Assembly (NCBI GenBank): GCA_965249065.1
Contig: CBDFLG010000001.1
Coordinates: 1,094,646-1,158,645, forward strand
Direction of reading: 5' to 3'
DNA: 64,000 bases
Source: Dehalococcoidia bacterium
Lineage (GTDB): Bacteria; Chloroflexota; Dehalococcoidia; Lucifugimonadales; UBA3495
The stretch's first letter is position 1. Every line of letters starts with the position of its first letter. The notes beneath the pieces are model-generated. The model saw only the letters and a program-made list of their open reading frames with translations, had not been told where the DNA came from and did no database searches. Of this stretch, positions 35,364 through 44,684 are shown piece by piece. Position numbers and translations under genes: made by a program.

Positions 35364-35440
35364 GGGCCGCCGCCTTGAGCGGCCTACAGCTTGCGGTTAC
35401 ACTTGGATTTGCGGTTATAGTCCGGGCGGCGGCCCGTGGC
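35359..35440. promoter_or_regulatory. 16-bp perfect inverted repeat enclosing a duplicated TTGCGGTTA motif, upstream of mcm
   Basis: gccacgggccgccgcc (35359-35374) is the reverse complement of ggcggcggcccgtggc (35425-35440). Inside, ttgcggtta occurs at 35391-35399 and 35409-35417. It ends 37 nt before the mcm start. Confidence 0.5.
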
Positions 35441-35476
35441 TCCGCGGGCAAGCACGCACAGGCAAAGGAGGGCGGT

Positions 35477-37138
35477 ATGTCCAGCAAGGACAAGCAACAG
35501 TGGCATGAGGAAACGCTCAAACCGGCAGTGGGGCGGTTCCCGGAACGGCGCGAGTCTTTTGAGACCGACAGCGGCCTCGCCATAGATTCGCTGTACGCCC
35601 CTGAAGACCTGGCGGCCCGAGGCCACGACTACGGCGAGGACGTCGGTTTTCCCGGCGAGTTCCCCTACACTCGCGGCGTGCAGCCCAGCGTCTACCGCGG
35701 GCGCGTCTGGACCATGCGCCAGTATTCGGGATACGCCACCGCCGCCGACACCAACCGCCGCTACCGCTACCTGCTGGAGCAGGGCCAGACCGGGCTGTCG
35801 GTGGCCTTCGACCTGCCGACGCAAATCGGCTACGACTCCGACCACCCGCTGGCCAAGGGCGAGGTGGGCAAGGTGGGCGTGCCAATTTGCAGCCTAGAAG
35901 ACATGGAAACGCTGTTCGACGGCATCCCGCTGGGGCGGGTCAGCACCTCCATGACCATCAACGCCACCGCCTCGCTGCTGCTCTGTTTCTACATCGCCGC
36001 CGCCGCCCGGCAGGGCGTGTCCCCGGAGCAGATAAGCGGCACGTTGCAGAACGACATCCTCAAGGAGTACATCGCCCGCGGCACCTACGCCTACCCGCCG
36101 CGTCCTTCGATGCGGCTGGTGGTGGACGTGTTCAAGTATTGCGCCGAGAACGTGCCGCGCTGGAACACCATCAGCATCTCCGGCTACCACATGAGGGAGG
36201 CCGGGGCGACGGCGGTGCAAGAACTGGCCTTCACCTTCGCCAATGCCATCGCCTACGTGCAGGTGGCATTGGACGCCGGGCTGAAAATCGACGAATTCGC
36301 GCCGCGCCTTTCCTTCTTCTTCGTGGCCCAGAACAACCTGTTCGAGGAAGTAGCCAAGTTTCGCGCCGCCCGCCGCATCTGGGCCCGCATAATGCGCGAC
36401 CGCTTCGGGGCCAAGGATTCGCGCTCGATGATGCTGCGGTTCCACACCCAGACCGCCGGCGTCTCGCTGACCGCCCAGCAGCCCGACAACAACGTCATCC
36501 GCTGCACGGTGCAGGCCCTCGCCGCCATCCTGGGCGGCTCCCAATCGCTTCACGTCAACTCCCGCGACGAGGCCCTGGCCTTGCCCACCGAGGAGTCGGC
36601 CCAGCTTTCCCTTCGCACCCAGCAAATCTTGGCCTACGAAAGCGGCACGGCGGACGTGGTGGACCCATTGGGCGGTTCCTGGTACGTCGAGAGCCTGACC
36701 AACGACCTGGAAGAGCAGGCGCTGGATTACATCCGGCGCATAGACGACATGGGCGGCGCGGTGGCAGCCATCGAGGACGGTTTCCAGATGCGCGAGATTG
36801 GCGACGCCGCCTACCGCCACCGTCAGGAAGTGGAGTCGGGCGACCGCATAATCGTCGGCGTGAACCGCTACGCCACCGAGGAGCCGCCGGTGGAGGGCCT
36901 GATGCGCGTGGACGAGGAAGCCGCCCGCCAGCAGATAGCCCGCCTGGAGCGCCTGCGCCGGGAGCGCGACGGCAGCGCAGCACAGGCAGCCCTCAGCCGA
37001 CTGGCAGACGCCGCCCGCAGCGACGATAATACAGTGCCGGCCATACTGGAGTGCGTAGAAGCCTACTGCACCCTGGGCGAGATGTCCGGCGTCCTGCGTG
37101 AAGCCTTCGGCGAGCAGGAGGAAATGGCGGCGTTTTAG
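35477..37138 (+). CDS. methylmalonyl-CoA mutase, large (catalytic) subunit
   Basis: ATG after [66 protein letters not shown] is near-canonical MCM sequence. No B12 domain in this ORF. Confidence 0.9.
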   Translation: MSSKDKQQWHEETLKPAVGRFPERRESFETDSGLAIDSLYAPEDLAARGHDYGEDVGFPGEFPYTRGVQPSVYRGRVWTMRQYSGYATAADTNRRYRYLLEQGQTGLSVAFDLPTQIGYDSDHPLAKGEVGKVGVPICSLEDMETLFDGIPLGRVSTSMTINATASLLLCFYIAAAARQGVSPEQISGTLQNDILKEYIARGTYAYPPRPSMRLVVDVFKYCAENVPRWNTISISGYHMREAGATAVQELAFTFANAIAYVQVALDAGLKIDEFAPRLSFFFVAQNNLFEEVAKFRAARRIWARIMRDRFGAKDSRSMMLRFHTQTAGVSLTAQQPDNNVIRCTVQALAAILGGSQSLHVNSRDEALALPTEESAQLSLRTQQILAYESGTADVVDPLGGSWYVESLTNDLEEQALDYIRRIDDMGGAVAAIEDGFQMREIGDAAYRHRQEVESGDRIIVGVNRYATEEPPVEGLMRVDEEAARQQIARLERLRRERDGSAAQAALSRLADAARSDDNTVPAILECVEAYCTLGEMSGVLREAFGEQEEMAAF

Positions 37139-37177
37139 GCGGCAGAGCTATCGGAGAGCTATCCGGCGGAGAGAATC

Positions 37178-37489
37178 ATGCCGTTGCACAAACTCAACAA
37201 CCCTAGCCTAGTGTACTACAAAGCACTGAACAAGTACTTGGAGCTGGTGCAGGAAATCCCGGAGGTGGTGGAGGTGCGGCTGTCGGAGGACGACGAACTA
37301 TACGCCATACTCTTGGCAACCCCCCACGAAGACGCCCCTTGCTACCGGGTGTATCAGGCAGAGGGAGAGGTTATGGATTCGGTGAAGCACCAACCCTATC
37401 GGTTTCGGCTAGTGAATGCCCAAGAATTGCCGGAAGAGGGCCGTGAAGAACATATTTGCAGTTTCGGCGATTTGGTGTGGCTGAGATAA
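37178..37489 (+). CDS. small protein, unknown family (paralog 1 of a tandem pair)
   Basis: 103 aa. 64/103 positions are identical to the next gene in a gapless manual alignment (KLNNP.L.YY.AL.KYLELV..IPEVVEVRL.EDD...ATPH.D.PCYRV...LVN.QELPE...GDLVW.R). Confidence 0.6.
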   Translation: MPLHKLNNPSLVYYKALNKYLELVQEIPEVVEVRLSEDDELYAILLATPHEDAPCYRVYQAEGEVMDSVKHQPYRFRLVNAQELPEEGREEHICSFGDLVWLR

Positions 37490-37521
37490 CCGATGCTAAC
37501 CGCGCAAGACAAGGGGGAACA

Positions 37522-37833
37522 GTGAAAGAAGACAAGCTAAACAACCCCGGCCTGCTGTACTATCAGGCCCTGACCAAGTACCTAGAGCTGGTGAAAGACA
37601 TCCCGGAGGTGGTGGAGGTGCGGCTGGCCGAGGATGACTCGCTATGCACGATTATCTCAGCAACGCCGCATGACGATGAGCCTTGCTATCGAGTATTCGA
37701 GGCTCAAGGGGCCATTATACGAGGCGTGAAGCAGCAACCGTTCGTTTTCGATTTGGTGAACTGCCAAGAACTGCCGGAAAACCAGAGGCCGGAACGCATA
37801 GCTAATCTGGGAGATCTGGTATGGAAGCGATAA
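37522..37833 (+). CDS. small protein, unknown family (paralog 2)
   Basis: GTG at 37522 after AAGGGGGA. 103 aa. See the previous feature. Confidence 0.6.
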   Translation: MKEDKLNNPGLLYYQALTKYLELVKDIPEVVEVRLAEDDSLCTIISATPHDDEPCYRVFEAQGAIIRGVKQQPFVFDLVNCQELPENQRPERIANLGDLVWKR

Positions 37834-37836
37834 CCA

Positions 37837-38202
37837 ATGTTAACCGTACAAGAACATTTGGCCTTGGCTGAAAGGAACGAACGATTTGTAGCAGCAATTG
37901 TATCTCTACCGCAAAGGTTCCCGGAGTGGGAGATTACGGCAATGTTCTATTCCGCTCTCCATTACGCCAGCGCGTTTCTGACAACGCAGGGCCATAGCCC
38001 TCAAAACCATTATCAAAGAAATAATATGGTCTGGAATCTGACTAACGCTGGCACAGATTATCAAAATTTGTATCGTCTGAGCCTGAATGCTCGCTACCAA
38101 AGGTCAACGTACACCCCAACGCAAGCGGACGCAATCAAAGGTGGCCCAATCAGCCGCGTCAAAGAGGAAATGCTGGCCCTGCTAGAGCGTGTGGACAAAT
38201 GA
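37837..38202 (+). CDS. HEPN-like all-alpha protein (tentative)
   Basis: Starts 3 nt after the paralog-2 stop. WEITAMFYSALHYASAFLTTQG...NHYQRNNMV...LYRLSLNARYQ parallels the helix pattern of 16642-17127. Confidence 0.5.
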   Translation: MLTVQEHLALAERNERFVAAIVSLPQRFPEWEITAMFYSALHYASAFLTTQGHSPQNHYQRNNMVWNLTNAGTDYQNLYRLSLNARYQRSTYTPTQADAIKGGPISRVKEEMLALLERVDK

Positions 38203-38244
38203 GGGCCGCTAATCCGCAGCTTGGTTGCTACAAAAGGGAATCCT

Positions 38245-38538
38245 ATGACCCGTCTACTCGTTCTTCTCTTCACCATTCTTCTGCTTGTCGGCACGGCCTG
38301 TGGCGGTCCACCTAAAGGGGTGGTGCTGAACGAACGCATGGAAGAGTTCTGTTTGGCTCTCCTCGTATACGATGGGCCAAACTTTGATAGGCTAAATCTC
38401 AACTTCGTAGAATCGGGCGTAGTCATATCGGAGCTATATGAGACGTATTCCCTGTTGGAGCTGGCTATGGAAGCCTGTGACGCGTGGGCGGATTGGTCTG
38501 AGGATAGATACCCAGGAGGTTCAGGCGACCAGTATTAG
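38245..38538 (+). CDS. small lipoprotein
   Basis: MTRLLVLLFTILLLVGTACGG signal plus lipobox. Confidence 0.6.
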   Translation: MTRLLVLLFTILLLVGTACGGPPKGVVLNERMEEFCLALLVYDGPNFDRLNLNFVESGVVISELYETYSLLELAMEACDAWADWSEDRYPGGSGDQY

Positions 38539-38670
38539 TAGAGCGAGGAGACTTGTTAAATATCCACACACCCTGGTCAACCGCCCTTGAAGGCTACCAT
38601 GCCCCTCCTGATCCAATCATCTCTGGAATTCGTGACTCAGGGGCAGAGACCACTAGAAGGAGAAACCACC

Positions 38671-39828
38671 ATGCCCGACCTGATACTCAACGAAGAGGAG
38701 CTGATGCTCCAGACTACCCTGCGCGAGTTTGTTGACCGCGAGATTGCGCCCAAGGCCCGCGAGTCCGACGAGCGTGGCGAGTTCCAATGGGACGCTTGGC
38801 GCAGACTCTCCGAGCTGGGGCTGACCGGCCTGGGCGTCGACGTCAAGCACGGCGGCAGCGGCCCGGCCGGCTACCGTCAGGTCTCCATCGCCGCTGAGGA
38901 AGTGGCGCGGGGCGACGCCTCGGCCTCTGTCAGTTGGCTGGCCCACCTGGCCTTGGGCGTGGCCTCTATTGACCGCTTCGGCAGCGACGAGCAAAAGGAG
39001 CGCATCCTGCCGCCGTTGACCGGTGGGCAGGGCGTGGCCGCCTTCGGCCTCACCGAGCCGGGGGGCGGCTCCGACGCCGCCGCGCTCCAGACCACCGCCG
39101 TCGAGCGTGATGGCACGTACTTTCTCAACGGCAGCAAAATGTTCATCACCAACGCATCGGTGGCCCAGAGCATCGTCGTCTTCGCCACGCAGGACCGCAG
39201 CATGGGCTACAAGGGCGTCAGCGCCTTCATCGTAGAGAGGGGCTCGCCGGGGCTGACCATTAACCCGATGCACGGCAAGCTGGGGATGCGCTCCTCCACC
39301 ACCGACGAACTGGTCTTCCAGGATATGCCGGTGCCCCAAGAAAACCTGCTGGGCGAGGAAGGACGCGGCTTCAACCAGGCTATGGAAATCCTGACCTCCA
39401 GCCGCATCATCATCGCCGCCCAGAGCGTCGGCATCGGCCAGTCGGCGCTGGAGGCCGCTTTGCGCTACGCCCAACAGCGTCACTCCTTCGGCCAGCCCAT
39501 CGCCCAGCACCAGGCCGTTCAGTTCATGCTGGCCGACATGGCCGCCGAGATCCACGCAGCCCGTGTGACCACCATGAACGCCGCCACCCTGAAGGACGCT
39601 GGGCTGCCCTTCATGCAGGAAGCCTCCATCGCCAAGCTGATGGCCTCGGAGATGTGCATCCGGGCTGCCGACAAGGCGTTGCAGATTCATGGCGGTTCCG
39701 GCTACTTCCAGGAGGCCGGCGTGGAGCGCATCCTGCGGGACGCCCGCGTGACCACCATCTACGAAGGCACCTCCGAAGTCCAGCGCCTGCTCATTGCGCG
39801 ACAGCTTCTGAAGGATTACGCTATCTAG
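38671..39828 (+). CDS. acyl-CoA dehydrogenase
   Basis: ATG after GAAGGAG. GLTEPGGGSDAAAL...KMFITNA...IYEGTSEVQRLLIAR. Confidence 0.9.
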   Translation: MPDLILNEEELMLQTTLREFVDREIAPKARESDERGEFQWDAWRRLSELGLTGLGVDVKHGGSGPAGYRQVSIAAEEVARGDASASVSWLAHLALGVASIDRFGSDEQKERILPPLTGGQGVAAFGLTEPGGGSDAAALQTTAVERDGTYFLNGSKMFITNASVAQSIVVFATQDRSMGYKGVSAFIVERGSPGLTINPMHGKLGMRSSTTDELVFQDMPVPQENLLGEEGRGFNQAMEILTSSRIIIAAQSVGIGQSALEAALRYAQQRHSFGQPIAQHQAVQFMLADMAAEIHAARVTTMNAATLKDAGLPFMQEASIAKLMASEMCIRAADKALQIHGGSGYFQEAGVERILRDARVTTIYEGTSEVQRLLIARQLLKDYAI

Positions 39829-39935
39829 CGCAAGAATCGCCGACTTGGAAGGCGCAGGGATTCGCGGCAACCTCGAATCTTTGCGCCAATCCCTCCTTGC
39901 CTTGACAGGTTCCCATTGCAGCCGGAGCAGAAGAT

Positions 39936-40184
39936 ATGGCCTCCAATCCTGCCCCTGAACCGTCGCCGGAATCCAACGCCGCCCTGTGGCTGGCCATGGG
40001 CCGCCTCCAGTCGGACACCGCCCGGGTGCTAGAGGGTCAAACCGAATTTCGTACCGGCCTAGCCGAGATGAACCGCAGGATCGACGAAACGAACCGCAGG
40101 ATGGACCGGCTGTTTTACGCCATCATCGGTGTCGGTGCTGGCGTTATAGGCACCCTGGTCGCTGTCCTGTTGCGCAGTGGATAG
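39936..40184 (+). CDS. small coiled-coil protein with C-terminal TM anchor
   Basis: 82 aa. LAEMNRRIDETNRRMDRLFYAIIGVGAGVIGTLVAVLL. GGAG upstream. Confidence 0.45.
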   Translation: MASNPAPEPSPESNAALWLAMGRLQSDTARVLEGQTEFRTGLAEMNRRIDETNRRMDRLFYAIIGVGAGVIGTLVAVLLRSG

Positions 40185-40240
40185 TTGTTGCATGGATGTC
40201 CTCTTAAAGAGACAAGAAAACCAACGCAGAATGTACCAAG

Positions 40241-40651
40241 ATGCAAAATAACGAACGCCCCATCCGGATTCTGGTGGCCAAGCCCGGACTCGACGGCCAC
40301 GACCGCGGCGCGAAGGTCATCGCCCGCGCTCTCCGCGACGCTGGTATGGAGGTCATCTATACCGGCATCCGGCAAAGCCCCCGGATGATTGTCCAGGCCG
40401 CCGCCCAGGAGGATGTGGACGTTCTTGGCCTGAGCATCCTCTCCGGCGCCCACCTGGAAATCCTGCCAGAGGTGATGACACTGCTCCGGGGTGAAGGGAT
40501 GGACGACGTGCTGGTGGTGGTGGGGGGCATCATACCCTCCGTCGACCGCCAACCCCTCAAAGATCTGGGCATCACCGAGGTCTTTGGCCCCGGCACTTCC
40601 ACGGGGGAGATAGTGGAGTTCATCCGCGAAACCATGTCCGGGAGGGTTTAG
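40241..40651 (+). CDS. methylmalonyl-CoA mutase, small B12-binding subunit
   Basis: [35 protein letters not shown] (DxHxxG cobalamin-binding motif). Confidence 0.9.
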   Translation: MQNNERPIRILVAKPGLDGHDRGAKVIARALRDAGMEVIYTGIRQSPRMIVQAAAQEDVDVLGLSILSGAHLEILPEVMTLLRGEGMDDVLVVVGGIIPSVDRQPLKDLGITEVFGPGTSTGEIVEFIRETMSGRV

Positions 40652-40785
40652 AAAGCGCCGGAAACCAGGGCGCCCGGGCGTCCGTGAAATTGCCGGATAA
40701 TCTCGCAAGCGGCTGATTTCCTTGACAGCCCCGACCGTGTAGAATCTATAATCTTGTGGTTGTAAATCCGGAATGACCAGTTAAT

Positions 40786-41316
40786 ATGCTCTATAATGTT
40801 GCGCAGCTTCTGATGGAGCCGACAGGCTCCACCAGACGGTTTCAACTAGACGAATCCTTGCCCTGTGGCCCGGAAGATCTGGGATCCGGCTGGGCAACGG
40901 GTACGGTTCGCATCCTTCGCACCCATCACGGTCTGCTGGTCAACGCCACCGTCGAAGTGCAGGGGGATGCCTCCTGTGCCCGATGCCTGACGGACTTTGC
41001 CCGGTGCTCCACGTTAACGCTGGAGGAGGAATGCTACCCGTTGGTCGATCCGGCCACTGGCAGGAATACGGCCCCGCCTGACGAATCCGAAGGCGTGGTG
41101 CACATCGACACTCGCCAGATGCTGGACTTAAGGGATGTCCTGCGTCAGTACCTTCTTACCGACGAACCGTTGAAGGCTCTCTGCCGGCGCGACTGCCGGG
41201 GCCTCTGCCCGGAGTGCGGCGTGAATCTCAACATGGAAAAATGTAAATGTGCCACGCCTGCCATTGACCCTCGCTGGGCTGCATTGGCGGACTTGCTGCC
41301 AGGAGACAACAGGTAG
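40786..41316 (+). CDS. yceD: YceD/DUF177-family protein
   Basis: C-terminal CRRDCRGLCPECGVNLNMEKCKC, and the classical position upstream of rpmF. Confidence 0.8.
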   Translation: MLYNVAQLLMEPTGSTRRFQLDESLPCGPEDLGSGWATGTVRILRTHHGLLVNATVEVQGDASCARCLTDFARCSTLTLEEECYPLVDPATGRNTAPPDESEGVVHIDTRQMLDLRDVLRQYLLTDEPLKALCRRDCRGLCPECGVNLNMEKCKCATPAIDPRWAALADLLPGDNR

Positions 41317-41476
41317 TGTAACGGCGTCCGGCCGCGTGTAACGCGAGCCGCTGCCGAAGCCAAGCCGCTGCCGGTAAGCCAGTTACACCAAGCCAAATCT
41401 AACCTGATAAGGCAAATATCGACCCCCCGCAGTAGCGGGGCGAATCTCAGTCAATTTTCAGTGAGGATACAACACA

Positions 41477-41653
41477 ATGGGTGCATTACCCAAAAAGAAA
41501 ATTACCAGGGCGCAACGGGGACGCCGTCAGACCGCCTATAAACTCAAGCCGGTACACGCGGCCTCTTGCCAGCGTTGCCGCAGCGCGAAACTCCCCCATA
41601 CCGCTTGTCCGCAGTGCGGGTACTACCGCGGGAGACAGGTAGTGGAGAATTAG
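41477..41653 (+). CDS. rpmF: 50S ribosomal protein L32
   Basis: Not in the ORF track (58 aa). MGALPKKKITRAQRGRRQTAYKLKPVHAASCQRCRSAKLPHTACPQCGYYRGRQVVEN, the L32 zinc-ribbon pattern. Confidence 0.9.
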   Translation: MGALPKKKITRAQRGRRQTAYKLKPVHAASCQRCRSAKLPHTACPQCGYYRGRQVVEN

Positions 41654-41798
41654 CCTCGCCCGGCGTTGCCCGTTTCCTGCCCCGCCCGGAACGGACAACG
41701 ATGGCAGGTTACGGGCCTGGATAAAGATGTAGTGATGCAGCGTTGGCAGCACAGGCTTTTTCAGGGTCTGACCGAGGCGGGCGCTGACCGATATTACA

Positions 41799-41828
41799 TT
41801 ACATCCACAGTGTATTTCATTGCATAAT
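41799..41828 (+). promoter_or_regulatory. sigma70-like promoter candidate for fabD
   Basis: TTACAT, an 18-nt spacer, then (TG)CATAAT in an AT-rich patch ~73 nt upstream of 41901. Confidence 0.35.
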
Positions 41829-41900
41829 GATTGGATGTTGTCTTAAAATTCGCCAAAGACTCAATCTTTGGTTCCTCTTTTTCTGGAGGCTGCTACGAAT

Positions 41901-42839
41901 ATGGCGGAATTGGACAGGGCCTACGTTTTCCCTGGGCAGGGTTCGCAGAAGGTGGGCATGGGCGCGGGTCTCTTGGAGGAATCCAGGGCTGCCCGTGAGA
42001 CCTTCGAGGAAGCGGACGACAGCTTGGGGTTCCCGTTGTCCCGCATGATTTTTGAGGGTCCGGCCGGGGAACTGCAAAACACCGTCAACTCCCAGCCGGC
42101 CATAATGACCGTGAGCATCGCCGCTTGGCGGGCATGGATCGAATACGCCGGCCCCGAGGCCGCCGAGGCCAAGGCCGTCGCCGGGCACAGCCTGGGTGAG
42201 TACACCGCCCTGGTTGCCGCCGGTGTTATTGAGTTCGCCGACGCGGTCCGCTTGGTGCGCCGGCGCGGCGAGTTGATGAGCCAGGCTTCCGTCAACCGGC
42301 CGGGGGCCATGGCGGCCATCCTGGGGCTGGACGAGCTGGCCTTCGCCCAGATTTGCGCCGAGACCGGCGTGGAACTGGCCAACATCAATACCGACAATCA
42401 GATAGTTATCAGCGGCAGCCGGATGGCCATCGCTCACGCGGTGGACCTGTCCACCGCCCGGGGCGCCCGCAAGGCGGTTCCCCTGCCGGTCAGCGGCGCT
42501 TTTCACTCCTCGCTGATGGTTGAGGCCGAGGCGGGGCTGGCCGCTGAACTGGATTCCCTATACCTTCATGAACCCAGGATTCCCATCATCGCCAATTGTG
42601 ACTGCCGTCCCCTGACTGACACCCGGGAAATCCGGGAGGAGTTGGTCAGAGGCCTCTGCCGCTGCGTTCAGTGGAAGGACTCGGTACACGCCATGATTGA
42701 CTCCGGCGTTGACCGGTTCGTCGAGTTCGGCGCGGGCGGGGTGCTGGCAGGGCTGATCAAGCGAATCGACCGGGAGGTGGAGGTCTCCGCGGTGGCCGAC
42801 CCGGATTCCATCCGCAAGCTGGCTGCCACTTTAGGCTGA
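41901..42839 (+). CDS. fabD: malonyl-CoA:ACP transacylase
   Basis: YVFPGQGSQKVGMG...VAGHSLGEYTALVAAG...VSGAFHS. Confidence 0.9.
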   Translation: MAELDRAYVFPGQGSQKVGMGAGLLEESRAARETFEEADDSLGFPLSRMIFEGPAGELQNTVNSQPAIMTVSIAAWRAWIEYAGPEAAEAKAVAGHSLGEYTALVAAGVIEFADAVRLVRRRGELMSQASVNRPGAMAAILGLDELAFAQICAETGVELANINTDNQIVISGSRMAIAHAVDLSTARGARKAVPLPVSGAFHSSLMVEAEAGLAAELDSLYLHEPRIPIIANCDCRPLTDTREIREELVRGLCRCVQWKDSVHAMIDSGVDRFVEFGAGGVLAGLIKRIDREVEVSAVADPDSIRKLAATLG

Positions 42840-42869
42840 CGCCCCCGGACTTGCCAATAGTTGGGCTGT

Positions 42870-43346
42870 ATGGTCAAGTCGATAGACCCTAGGCGGGTTG
42901 CCCGGTCAGTCGCGTTGCAATCCCTTTTTGCAGCCGACGTACAAACTCGCGTTCAGCCGGACACCCCGACTGGGAGACCCAGCCCCGATTACGGGTGGCT
43001 AGACGAAGATATTGACCGCTCCGCCATGGAGTTTGCCGACCGGCTGCACCGTGGTGTGTGCGATCACCGGCAGAGGCTGGATGGCCTCATCGGCCGGTTT
43101 GCGCCGGCCTGGCCGGTGACCCAATTGCCCATTGTTGACCGTAACATCCTGCGTATTGCCATCTTTGAGCTTTTGCATAACCCGGCCACTCCCCCCAAAG
43201 CGGCAATCGACGAGGCGGTGGAGCTGGCCAAGGTGTTCGGCAGCGATAGCTCCGCAAGGTTCGTCAACGGAGTCCTCGGCTCCGTGATGGCCAGCCTGGA
43301 CTCCGGAGAACTGGCCGCCGCCGGACCTGCACCTGATGGGAGATGA
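42870..43346 (+). CDS. nusB: transcription antitermination factor NusB
   Basis: RRVARSVALQSLFAAD...VDRNILRIAIFELL...AIDEAVELAKVFGSDSSARFVNGVLG. Confidence 0.85.
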   Translation: MVKSIDPRRVARSVALQSLFAADVQTRVQPDTPTGRPSPDYGWLDEDIDRSAMEFADRLHRGVCDHRQRLDGLIGRFAPAWPVTQLPIVDRNILRIAIFELLHNPATPPKAAIDEAVELAKVFGSDSSARFVNGVLGSVMASLDSGELAAAGPAPDGR

Positions 43347-43349
43347 ACC

Positions 43350-43625
43350 TTGCCCACCATATACGAGCGCGTCAAAGGAATCGTTGTAGATAAACTGGGA
43401 GCCGACGAGGGCGATGTCGAAGAGAGTTCTTCTTTCGTCGACGACCTGGACGCCGACTCCTTGGACTTGGTCGAGTTGATAATGGCCTTTGAGGAGGAGT
43501 TCTCAACCGAAGACTCCCCTCTGGAGATTCCCGACGAAGATGCGGGCTCCATAGCCACCGTCAGCGATGCAGTGGCCTACCTGAAAGGCCGCGGCATAGA
43601 AGACGACGGTTCGCAAGTGGACTGA
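43350..43625 (+). CDS. acpP: acyl carrier protein
   Basis: [20 protein letters not shown] (phosphopantetheine Ser motif DSLD). TTG start. Confidence 0.85.
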   Translation: MPTIYERVKGIVVDKLGADEGDVEESSSFVDDLDADSLDLVELIMAFEEEFSTEDSPLEIPDEDAGSIATVSDAVAYLKGRGIEDDGSQVD

Positions 43626-43764
43626 CTGCCCGCTTCCACCGTGTGGCCCCGCCTGGGTTCCCGGCCCGACGGAGTTTCTCCGTTCGTCCGGTTGCGCCTT
43701 GGCGGCCGTTGCCGTTTCCCACGCCGGGCGCTGATCTGCGACTCTCTCCGAAGGCAGGAAGGCT

Positions 43765-44541
43765 ATGGATAGCCTGGACGACGTAGCCCGGGCGGTTCGC
43801 GGCTGCACTGACTGCCCGCTTCACCAGGGCCGGACCAATGCCGTTCCCGGCGAGGGCAGCCCATCCGCGGAACTGATGTTCATCGGGGAAGGCCCCGGCT
43901 TCCACGAGGACCGGCAAGGACGCCCTTTCGTCGGCCCCGCGGGGCAACTGCTGGAAGGGTTGCTGGCGTCCATCGGCGCCAACCGGGACGACGTGTTCAT
44001 TGCCAACATGGTCAAGTGCCGCCCTCCCGAAAACCGCGACCCGCAGCCGCCGGAAATCGCCGCCTGCGCCAAATACCTGGAACGCCAGATAGAGTTGGTC
44101 AACCCTAAGCTGATAGTAACCTTGGGCCGCTTTTCGCTGGGCCGCTTCTTTCCTGGGGAGAGCATAACCCGCGCCCGCGGAAAACTGCGCCAGAAGGACG
44201 GACGGCACATTTTCCCGGTGATGCACCCGGCGGCGGCGCTGCGGCGTCCCGAACTGCGGGCAACGATGGTGGAAGACTTCCGCGCCATTGCCGCCGCCCT
44301 GGCGACCACTCCCGAACCGGAGCCGCAACCGGCAGGGCCGCCCCCCGGCGCTCCCCGGCAGGAACCGGCGGACGAGGCCGCGCACATGGACTTGTTCGGC
44401 GCCCCGGCACCGCCGGCATCGTCCAGCCCCGCGGAGGCTGTGCCGGACGATGATTCCCACGAATCAATGGCGGGCCAGGAAACACCGGGGGACCCCTCTG
44501 GGCGTGACGCCTCCGGCCCGCAGCAACTTTCGATGTTTTAG
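43765..44541 (+). CDS. family-4 uracil-DNA glycosylase with Pro-rich C-terminal extension
   Basis: CTDCPLHQGRTNAVPGEG...LMFIGEGPGFHEDRQGRPFVGPAGQLL...MVKCRPPENRDP. ~70 extra low-complexity residues at the C-terminus. Confidence 0.85.
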   Translation: MDSLDDVARAVRGCTDCPLHQGRTNAVPGEGSPSAELMFIGEGPGFHEDRQGRPFVGPAGQLLEGLLASIGANRDDVFIANMVKCRPPENRDPQPPEIAACAKYLERQIELVNPKLIVTLGRFSLGRFFPGESITRARGKLRQKDGRHIFPVMHPAAALRRPELRATMVEDFRAIAAALATTPEPEPQPAGPPPGAPRQEPADEAAHMDLFGAPAPPASSSPAEAVPDDDSHESMAGQETPGDPSGRDASGPQQLSMF

Positions 44542-44655
44542 AGAGTGCGCGGCAAAGAGCTAGACTTGTACGCAGATATCTTTGGTTAAGACGTGGAGGC
44601 TGTGCCATTAGGTGGTCAAGGTAATTGAGTATTAACTTGCGGGTTCTTCTATGCC

Positions 44656-44684
44656 CGTCGTTCCCGCGAAAGCAGGAATCCACG
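44656..44684. repeat. REP-D motif (TTCCCGCGAAAGCAGGAAT class)
   Basis: cgtcgttcccgcgaaagcaggaatccacg. It translates to the familiar artefactual 'VVPAKAGIH'/'SFPRKQES' strings. Confidence 0.6.

Noticed and set aside
34981-35476. Looked for a cobalamin riboswitch upstream of methylmalonyl-CoA mutase.
   Set aside because: I could not recognise the conserved B12-box or core by eye. The region is instead explained by an AI-2E remnant and an inverted repeat. It needs a cmsearch to settle.
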